Assembly: GCA_047495785.1 (NCBI GenBank)
Contig: JBLDXI010000009.1
Location: forward strand, 2,480,001 to 2,544,000
DNA: 64,000 nucleotides
Source: Lepidodermella squamata
Taxonomy: Eukaryota > Animalia > Gastrotricha
Direction: 5' to 3'
The notes below the pieces were generated by a model. That model searched no databases and was not told the DNA's origin. It saw only the letters and a program-made list of their open reading frames with translations. The translations under genes were made by a program, and so were the position numbers. Positions within the stretch are counted from its first letter, which is position 1. Each line of letters begins with the position of its first letter. Shown here in pieces: positions 54,801 to 64,000 of this stretch.

Positions 54801-56818
54801 CGCCTCGTGAGTACCGCCATTTTTCAGATCAACTAAGAATTTTATTGCATCCGGTGTCTTGACAAGACGAAATGTCACGAAATTCCCATCGAATTGAATG
54901 ATCTCTTGCCAGAGCAGCTCTTCAGCTCCGCATTTGCGAAACCAATAAAAAGCGATTGTGAAATCTATTATGTTTGGCAGCTGTTCGTTAGTCGTGTGCT
55001 CAGGAAAAAAGTCAGTGTGGTGCATTCGGTGGAATACGTAAGACGGAAAATTGAATGGACCATACATTCGCGTGATCGTTGAGCCGCGTTGGCTCTTCAA
55101 AACAGGTGACCCATTTACGATGTTTGTGTCCTTATCAGAATCCAGTGGGAAGAAAGCAAGCAAACTTTCAGAACGTTTACTGAAAAATCCTCTCGGCACA
55201 GACTTCTTACCCCAGGTTTTGCAAGCAAATCGCATTGAGGCTATTTCTTGACTTGTTAGGATTGCTGAGTGAAATGTCAAACATGCCATCGTAACATCAG
55301 AAGTCGAGCTCAGCAATGAGATTTTGTTTGTAGGAAATTTGAGATTCTTAAATTTGCCAATAAATCCCTCGACAAATTTCATGTCGGACTCATAATACAT
55401 TGTGAGCCCAATTTTAGGTTCGTACGTGAGAGCAATAAAAGTCCATGGTGCCTCTCTATCACTGAGATAGCAGTCATCATCATAGCATATAGTTAAATTT
55501 TTGTCTCTGATGCGCAGATTTAAAGGACCCCATCGGAAAATTCTAATTGTTAGCAAATTCTGTCTCCTGTGAGCATACATCGTGATTGTGAAGCCATCAT
55601 TTTCAGGCGATTCGATTTCGTGAGTATTCGCTAGGAAATCAGAATCATCCATAGATTTACCTAGATAACATGAATCGGACCAATCGAGTCGGTTGATCGG
55701 GCCACTGGTCTTGGGCTTGTAACAGACTGACACAAAATCAAGGGATTCACCGCGACTCCATTCGAAAAGAGCCGGTATCAAGTGATTATCTCGCTCTACG
55801 ACAAGCGGCCAAAATCCACGTAGATCCGGCATTCGCGGCACCATTCGAGCCTTGTATTGATCATATTTACACTCGACGTAGTCCCGGCACAGGCAAGGAA
55901 TTCTGCCGATTTCTCCACGCCCTACCAAACCGTCGAATACGGCGATGCAAGCAATTTTCTCTTCTACAAATAAATGAAAATTGTTACAAACTTGAATCAG
56001 AGCAAACAAAAAACTTACGCGGATTCAGGTTACCGAAAACTATGCGGTCGATACCATCATACTTCCTACGGCTGAAATTAAAGAAAGAATGTCTGAAAGT
56101 AGCTGATTAGCAAATGCATCAAAAAATAATTGGCTGATAACTAGATTGTCTTGTTATGATTACTATGTCGCGAATAATAAGATAGGAATGAAACCCCTGT
56201 CGTATGGACTTATCATCAAATTAGCCTATACCTAAATCATAAATTTTACATTTCGCAATAAAATGCTGATCGTACAACACGTTTCACCTACAAGGTTCTA
56301 AATCGCTTGTGATAAACCAAACCAGAGGCAGTGAAAGTTAATGCTGACTCTACCGCGTCACGGCTGAGACGATCAGCGAAAAACATCCATTTATCCAGAT
56401 CGGACGCATCTATCTCGTAGGTGTAATTCGCGCCACCGGTTACTTCCATCAAATTAGGCTGCCATGGGTAATTGTTAAACTTAATCCTATAAATTTGATT
56501 CGCGGGGTATCTTGGTTGGTCGGTAGAACTGCGGTAAAGGAAGTACGCTATAGTAATGTTGTAAACAGTTTTCGGAAAAATCAGTTCAAGGATGCCTTCG
56601 GGTCTGAGATTTGATGTCATCCTTTCGAAGCTACCAAGACCAAACGGCCCGGGATTTTGGCTCAGATGATAATCGTCATAGATCTTCACCTTGATACCGC
56701 CTGGGTAAGGTTTCAGTGAACTCATTCCGTAATCTCTGTTCAACGGCCACATGCCGACAAGGTTCAGCTCGGCTTCGACGCCGCCTACAAGGACAAGGAG
56801 TGTTAATAAAATTATCAT
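45861..56818 (-). CDS. Giant secreted/anchored protein with ~12 LamG/concanavalin-A-like domains and ~8 EGF-like repeats; frameshifted (pseudogene or assembly errors)
   Basis: Signal peptide at 56818. Repeating ~270-aa units L(I/V)A(Y/F)xPLD...TIAFYLYR...WNFxAxT...LSCLxI(Y/F)xAAL..xI..LHCVCKxxGxCP followed by CxCxPGYxGRxC. Hydrophobic C-terminus. Introns near 56.3k, 56.0k, 49.1k, 48.45k and 47-48k; frameshifts near 52140, 50165, 48780 and 46580. Confidence 0.75.
47665..47815. repeat. Intronic minisatellite, ~30-32-bp unit, ~5 copies
   Basis: (C/T)GGACGA(A/G)TTCTGC(T/C)C...GCGAA repeated. Confidence 0.8.
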
Positions 56819-57174
56819 TGCGCTCAAATTCGCTAGCGTTCATCCCATGGAGAACAGAATACTTATGTTCTCTATGCGTTCGTCGATTTTTTTAATTTTA
56901 ATTTCTTGAATTTCAAAATTTAAGATAGATCTTTTAAATTTGACGAAATGACATCTATGTGCAAAATACTTCCAGGGCCTTTATTTCAGCAAATACGCGT
57001 AAAAAGCTTGTCAGCTTGTTTCTCGCCGCTCAATTGTGACAAGATTATTAATACCGTGACAGCTCTTATTTGACAAAACCACATTCTTCGGATCTAATAT
57101 CTCATAACAAATTAGAAACAAGTTATAAAAACTTCAAATTTTCTGGGGATTACTTAAAAGTTCACGATTACCGA

Positions 57175-57478
57175 TGCCGCTCTAAAAAACATCGGATTTT
57201 TCGGTGCGTTGCCAGGTACATGCTATGGTAGTTGCCGCCAGATGTGACTGATGTTTTAGATCTGGACTGCCCGCAATTCCGGCTGTATACCCGGCTCACG
57301 ATGGAAAGGGGCAGAATGCGGTGTGTGCGCGACTTTTTTCCATTTTCGTGATCAATCTTTGCCGTTTGTGTAGATCTTAGTAGATCGAAAAGCTCAGCAA
57401 TATCGCGAAGAATGGTGGCTTCAAGCTTCAATTGCTTATTTGTTCCTCACAGTCAACAGTTAGCGTATATTGTAGCCG
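57175..57478 (-). pseudogene. Relic 5' fragment of a dispanin-like paralog (copy of 43960-44180)
   Basis: 57299-57476 aligns by eye with 44022-44180 (ATGGAAAGGGGC.GAATGC...GACTTTTTT...TTGCCGTTTG.GTAGATC...AAAAGCTCA...GAAGAATGGTG...CTTCAATTGCTTA...CAGTTAGCGTAT). The ATG is lost and no membrane domain follows. Confidence 0.65.
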
Positions 57479-58537
57479 TTTTCCGTGGCACTACGGTAAT
57501 AAGTGACTACGGATAAAAAGAAATCAACAAAATATGTACGAAATGCCTTAAAATGAAGTTATCAAACTATTTCAATTAAAGACGTGACGGTCTCGTCGGG
57601 GATAAACGCCAAAACCTTACCGAAATGGCAGGGGCAGTTTGAGGTAAAATCTCACGGATAAGTCAGGGAGCTCTGTTAACTGTGGCACTCGGGGGGCTTG
57701 AAATCTATCAGGGGTATGGAACTGAGGGCGCTCTATTCGACTGTCATGGTTAGAACCCGGAGGAAAGGTTCCCTGTTATTGAAAAATGGCCGCAAAGCAC
57801 CCCTGAGAATACCGTACTTTTTCAGCCGTAGAGCCAAATTGGCGTTTTTGACGTGTCATAACTGCTAAACAGTCATAACAGTGGCGGGTTCAAATGGTTT
57901 CACCTGACATCCTGCCCTTTTCGATGCTTACCTTGATCCTGATAGGTATTCATTTCATATATCCCCAAGGAGGAGATCGTTAATCGCATTATACTTTGTG
58001 AAGTATAGTGGGTGGCATAATTCATTGGGGGATGTTTGATTTAATAAACAACTCAGTAATGGTGGTTCAATTCGCTGCGGCCGCTCACTGCATTTTTTTT
58101 GTTTTTTTCCTGCTTCTACGGTAGAATTTAGCTCTACGGAAAAACTTCGGAAAAACTACGGCAATTTCTACGGTAGAACTACGGAAAAAATTCCCTAAGT
58201 GCAGTTATCGATTTACCATTGCGGCTGGTTGATTATTCACACCGGCTGAAAAATAATCGATTAGGATCTTCCCATGCAAATAACTTCAACACTGGGGTCA
58301 AAGGCATCGACCTAATCTATCTAATCTACGTGGCATAAGTTACATACCGCCTAGAGCGCCACGAGGCGGAGGGTTGTTAAATAAAATCTGGATATGCCAA
58401 CATGAACAATTTTATTGCATTTCATAACCTAACAGAGTTTACAGGATTCGGAACCAAAAACCAAAGCAACAAAACAGCTAAATAAATTACTGATTTTCGA
58501 AAAGAGTATATAATAGTGTGGTAATTCTACTCGAAAC

Positions 58538-59236
58538 TCACATCATCTTATTATCACAGCAGTTCTTTGGGCCAAAGCTTTGTTGGTTTGGTGGACCGTT
58601 TTGCATATTCATCCCATTCCGAAGTGGAGCAGTTTGCTCAGGTAGCATTTTCACGTCCTTCTGTTGCGCTGCAGAAGGAACTTGTGTTCCCGATGACACT
58701 GAACCATAATTTATCGGCTCTGATTGCCGATTCGACAGAACGATGGCACATACTGCGCAGATGACAAGCAATGCCCCCAAATAGCTGATAATAGACAAAA
58801 TAATGGCGCGTCGGTAACGAACACGCATCGGATACTCGTTGGCACTGCTGTTGATGATGGCCCTTTCCGGTGCCACTTTATCACTGTTTGGTTGTTTCCA
58901 TGCGAAGTAGACGGCTGGAATTGCTGTGAAAAGAAATCCAGTGAAGATGGACGCAGCCGACATGGCCCTAGCGCAGTTCTGCATGTTAGCAAAGGAACAT
59001 AACCATAGTGTATTTCCGCAGCATGAATTAGTATCATGACCAGGATCCGCGGTTAACCCGCCCAGGTCGATTTGCAAATTCGAGGCCTCGCCAGAGCCGT
59101 CAGAATTATTGCCTAAATTTCGCGAGGAGCTAGGCGAAGCTGAAGCCACTTCTTTGTAAGGTGGTGGTGGTTGTGAAGGATAGGGAGGTGGGGAACCAAG
59201 CTCTTCGGCCATTCTCATTTTTTCGCTAGCCAGCAT
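58538..59236 (-). CDS. CD225/dispanin-like membrane protein, degenerate C-terminal domain
   Basis: Two PPPY; SIFTGFLFTAIPAVYFAWK; RYRRAIIL TM; only the terminal NCCDN of the Cys domain is retained. Confidence 0.78.
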   Translation of the reverse strand: MLASEKMRMAEELGSPPPYPSQPPPPYKEVASASPSSSRNLGNNSDGSGEASNLQIDLGGLTADPGHDTNSCCGNTLWLCSFANMQNCARAMSAASIFTGFLFTAIPAVYFAWKQPNSDKVAPERAIINSSANEYPMRVRYRRAIILSIISYLGALLVICAVCAIVLSNRQSEPINYGSVSSGTQVPSAAQQKDVKMLPEQTAPLRNGMNMQNGPPNQQSFGPKNCCDNKMM

Positions 59237-59681
59237 GTTTTCGGTAGACGCAAATTTGTTAGATCTAAGCCCAGACCTACAGCTGTATCCGTAATTTATT
59301 CTGGATGGGTCATTTGCCCATTTTAACGGATATTTATTATAGTTATTTACGTAGTAATATTGATTTTTTGATCAGTGCAATTGGTAGTTAATTTATTCAC
59401 GCCAGTTCAAAACTACATCGATCCGTCAACTAAAACTCCACCGTTCGATTACTTTCAGCTTTTTATTCCAATTTCCAGTCCATAAATTCTCAAGCCGCAC
59501 TCTTCTGGTTTTGCAGGATAAAAGGAACAGAATAGCGCAAATTGTTTGATACATTATGGCAAAATATTGAACAGTTTATGCCGAGGTTTCAGAGAGTAGG
59601 TAGCTGTCCCATGTTCGCCAGCGTTTCGTCGTAGCAATTCGTCAAGCCGAGACTGAAATGATTGTTGCTAGGCCGTTAGGT

Positions 59682-60011
59682 TCAATCATCATCATAATCT
59701 AAGGCGGAGCAGTTTACCCAAGCAGCGAAGACGAGCAATGCGGAAAAGGAAGACAAAGCCAGCGCTACTCGGGCACAGCTGTGCATATTTTCGAAGGGAC
59801 ACAGCCATAAGGAATTTTTGCGGCAGCAATTTCCACGCTCCACTTTGACGTCTCGCTGATGCCAAGTTTGACCACGGCTGCCAATACTGCTATTTCGATT
59901 CCGCGAGTTGAAAGCCGAAACTGAAGCCACTTTTATAATGTAATGTGGAGATGGTTGTGAGGGAAAATGAGGCAAAGTATTTAGCACTGTCGTTTTCTCA
60001 CCGGCCAACAT
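59682..60011 (-). pseudogene. Truncated dispanin-like paralog of 58538-59236
   Basis: MLAGEK...PSQPSPHY..VAS...CCRKNSLWLCPFENMHSCAR matches the neighbouring gene. The AIPA hydrophobic core and loop are deleted and PPxY is lost. Confidence 0.6.
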
Positions 60012-60533
60012 TTTATGGACTACGAAAATGCCTGATGTGCCTTATATTATTATTTGCCGGAAAGTGCAAAGTTAAAGTTTCAAACAGCTAGTTTAACGAC
60101 TCTCAGACTAAAACGTCTGGTATTGTAATATTGATCAAACGTCCACCAGGGTCTTGGCAGAATTGCCTGGAATAATTGATGAACATAGTCCAAAAATAGC
60201 TCAGCTGCGGCAACGCGCTAGTATATTACGGCGCATGTGGTCGAAACCGGGCTGTGCGGTATGTTTACCGAACCTTCCTATGCGATAGGTGCCTATAGAA
60301 TGGATAGCAACTGCTGTTACTTTCGGGCAGTGCATATTTATTTCAAGGTAAACTCATCATTCAGCTGCGTTTGAATTTGGCGAATTAATTACACCGCAAA
60401 CCGATTAGATTTGTTCCAAATTCAGCGAATTTCGAAAGAGAAAGGCTCTTTCAGTGTAACACTTTTACTGAATTGATGTTTTTCGGGACCTTTTAGGTTT
60501 CTTGAGCTTTCCAACCCTAAATTCAGGTTTTTA

Positions 60534-62126
60534 TTATAGGAAATCATTGTAGTTCGGCTGAAAATGAGGCACGAGTTGGAGCATGACGAGTGGTGTCATA
60601 ATAATCGCGAATACATATGCAATTAAAATAAATCTCTCGGTGCATCGGGCAAGGTATAGCCAACCTTCACTTGCAATTTTCTTGTTGTTTTTAATTTTAC
60701 GCCGATTCATTGGTCTCTTGAGTTCCGGATCGATCGATGCCGTAGGGTCCAGTGGGTTCAAATCAATGATAAATATCTTTGACATTACGCGAGTGGCCCT
60801 TACCAGCTCGAACGGCATATTTGCGGATTTTTCAGACTTTCGGATGAAATAAATGACTAAGCCCTCTCCCATTAGGGCTAGGGCGATGTAGATCATCTGC
60901 AGGATTATAAATAGGCTCAACAGTGGGACAACTTCGCTAGAACCAGGCATTTCGTCACTGATGCTTCCCTGTCGAAAGAATGAACAAAATCTGTAATTTT
61001 GCAATTTTTCTGTGAAATTTCATACCTCGAAAACAGTGTAGGCGAGAAGACACGTCAAGGATATTCGAACCCTCATAGGGCAATCGATCTAAAATTAGAG
61101 ATTTTTTTGAATAAATTCTAGAATAGGCCAAAACCAACTGGTAGAGTGAAGTTGACCAGCTCCACGATCGCTATCACAATGCTTGGAATTATCACCTTGA
61201 TCTGAAATTTTTTAATTGAAAAAAACGAATTTCAAGAATGAGAATCATTACGAAATAGAACAGCGGCTTCCTCTTTAAAATCAGCGAAAAAACTGCGCGA
61301 TCATAGGTCATATTTGAGCCCTTTGAATCAACCGCGAAAAATCGAGTTTTATTGCCGACGATGCTCCAAATTTTGTTCTCTAAATGGCGTGTAGATCGAG
61401 CGAGTTGAACGCCGCTATCTGGCCCATCCCTAGCGACTAGTTTTTGCCGACTGCTCGGGTAGGACCAACTCTCAAACTGCAACTCGCAGATTTGCCAATC
61501 GAAAGGGAAATACGTCAATTCGATGTCGCACCACGTTTGAATGGCGCTGATTGTTGTAAAATGAACCCGGCCGTCGCTTTTTACAATCAGTTTCATTTGC
61601 GATTCCTTCGCTGAAATGAGGAAGTTGGCACTTGTTGGCTCTGTGATTAGCGCAACGTCGGGCAGCCATAGCTGTTCGATGGGGAGCGAAATCTCGCGAA
61701 GGCAAAGATGCGGGTACGAATTGTCCCATCGAATGAACTCGTCCCGCCATTCCAAGTGAACGCGACCGTTTAAAATGAGAATGCTCCGCTTTTCTACCTG
61801 TACTAGTATATAGGACAATTAATTGACAATTTTGAGGGGAACTTGATTACGAAATCAGCAATTCCAGCCAGCTCAAGGGAGATTCCGACTTCGATAGGCC
61901 GAGATGCATCTTGAACAGGCCTGGAAACTTTCGAATAATTGCCATGTTTTTGAAATAAGTCCAAAATATCACGCTCGGAAACTAAACGTAATTTATTAGA
62001 AGCAATTATCTTTAAGAAATATCCAAAGAAATTGTCTCGTGTACCTGACGTATCTTCGCAAGGCAGATGGCTGGCTGATGAAATCGATAGTAGCAGAAGA
62101 ATGGCCCATACTATTATTTCAATCAT
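60534..62126 (-). CDS. Cys-loop ligand-gated ion channel subunit (divergent nAChR-like, non-alpha)
   Basis: Multi-exon. Signal peptide, YSKVSRPV, WRDEFIRW, LWLPD, Cys-loop CDIELTYFPFDWQIC, FESWSY, LKRKPLFY; M2 exon ~61089-61027; EMPGSSEVVPLL; M4 present; no vicinal CC. Confidence 0.87.
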
Positions 62127-64000
62127 ATTATAAGGTCTACTGCGCGATAGAAATGAAATGAAAGTCGTTTTTAGAGTGCGCAGGTAACGATTTTCTTCTT
62201 CATCTCAAAGGTTTTTTCTAGAGCTGGCTTGGGTAATGATTTCCGCCTCAGTTCTAAATAATAGATATAAAATGTAGTGCTGTTCTTTTTGCTTAAATTT
62301 GAAACCTAAAAAGGTTAAAAAATGTGACTTGGGGTCCCAAAACATGCCCAGCAATCAATTTGATTTAGCAGTATTCATTTTATTGCAAAGGCTGGGTACT
62401 TGCAGGTCCCAAGAGTTGACCTTGTAATCACCATACGTCATTTCTACCCATGATATCATGAGATCGCAGCTCTAAAAATGTCTCATTTAATAGGTTAATC
62501 ACGGTGAAGGTTGCTGCAGATGCGTGGAAGTTAAATGAAACCAGCGAACCTTTATTTTCTTTTCTCGAACTTAAAGCGTCTAAAGCGTAATTCTAACTTA
62601 AAGCGTCGGAACCATTGGAATATTTAATTTTCGTATTTTCAACAAAACCATCGGAAAATTCAAAGTTTTACTTAATATCAGTTTCCGTTGGGTTAAGACA
62701 CCTTATATTATTTCAAATGTACGATCAAATGAGTCAAGCATTATATTACACTTATTCATAAATGATCGGCATCGTCCTGGAAGATGACCCGCGCTACGGC
62801 CGCGAGTAACCACGGTTCTTCACAAAGCCTAAGCTCCCGACCTCGACCGTGACCTCGGCCTCGTGTCATATCATGCCGGACGCAGTGGTGCATCTTCAAC
62901 ATTCTTCAACATCGTAAATGTGTCATTTTTCCCGAGATGGAGAAGCTTCTTTTTTTTTGTTTTTGTTTCTTATTTCTTGTACCGTTATTCTCACGGTTCA
63001 AGGCATGAATGTATGCTTTCTGCGTGAAAAATTGAAGCTGAAAGTTTTTAAGCGCATCAATGAGGAGTTTTAAGAAATTGACAATTTCAAGCATTCTTTT
63101 CACGATAGAACTCCTCAGTTTCTTGAAACTCATCAAAATGACGCGCATCAATTTCGCCTTCTGCGGCTTTTTGGCCACCCTGTAGGCGTTAGCATGATCG
63201 CACTAATAATGGAATGTCTTAACAACGTCGGAATTAAATCAGGGCTTGACAATATGCGAACTGAACGATCAATGGTGTAGGTCATGCAACCTGCACCGTG
63301 CACAGAGGTAAATAAGATGTCTAACAACCGTCGGAATATCCAATACCTGTCCGCGCGTTAATCTTCGCATGAAAGCAAATCATGATAACAGCGCAAACAA
63401 TGTATTCGATAGCAATAAATTGAGACCCGTCTAGCGATTTCGGCCCTATCTCTAGCCGCAGCCACTCGAAAATAGGGTGTTGTTGGTACTAACTCATTGA
63501 TAAAGCGTCACGTGTAACACGCGCCATCTATCATAGCCGTCATCGGAGGATGGCAGCATCAACTTTCTCAAATTCCGAAAATCCATCTCACCCGTTTTCA
63601 TCGCATCGAATGAATTTGATTTCGTTCGCTATTAGACACAGCGGCAAAGCTTTTCTGTTTCACACATAGAAACAATGCTAGAAAGGCAAATTGTATGAAC
63701 TTCTCCTAGCTTCTAGAACTAGCTTCCTAGAATAATCAGCCCTCGTGAGTGAAGCCAGGTTTAGCTGACAGTTTTTCTATTGTTGCACGGGAAATGGTCT
63801 AAAGAGGCATCTCAATTTCCCGGTTTTGTTTCCCTCGTCTACAAGGTCAGATTCTACTCACGTTACTGCCATTAGAATGGAAGGGTGTTCCGACGTTTTA
63901 AGATAATGTTACGATGAAATAGTCGCGTGTTCCGATTAAATAAATCAAAATAAGTCATTCCGATGGAATAATTTACTTTCCTTGCAATTTTTGTATTTCC

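Noticed and set aside
57480-58205. CTACGG-rich short repeats, possible element termini
   Set aside because: I could not define TIRs or a target duplication.
62906-63178. 90-aa basic ORF, possible transposon or gene fragment
   Set aside because: No ATG start, splice structure or recognisable domain.

Overview
Eukaryotic (animal, invertebrate) genomic DNA from a compact genome. Genes are dense, most GT-AG introns are about 50-60 nt, and intergenic DNA is AT-rich. The NI(I/V)CECC insulin A-chains point to a spiralian/lophotrochozoan, but this is inference. Contents in order: the 5' part of a FERM-domain gene; a CxCNPCxC-type metallothionein; a TA-flanked MITE; a tandem cluster of five intronless 8-cysteine insulin-like peptide genes with a divergent eIF1 gene inside it; a 3-Ig FGFR-like receptor tyrosine kinase; two cytochrome P450s; APLF; an ACOT8/TesB thioesterase; two divergent Cys-loop ligand-gated channel subunits; a gustatory-receptor-like gene whose CDS overlaps one channel gene tail-to-tail; a second MITE; an ~11 kb gene for a secreted or anchored protein with ~12 LamG/ConA-like domains plus EGF repeats, broken by at least 4 frameshifts; and a birth-and-death family of at least 7 PPxY-bearing CD225/dispanin(IFITM)-like membrane proteins. 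Three members of that family carry a 6-Cys C-terminal domain I do not recognise. The best candidates for an undescribed system are the dispanin-like array (with the giant lectin-like gene inside it) and the insulin cluster. Exon boundaries were inferred by eye; no database searches were run.
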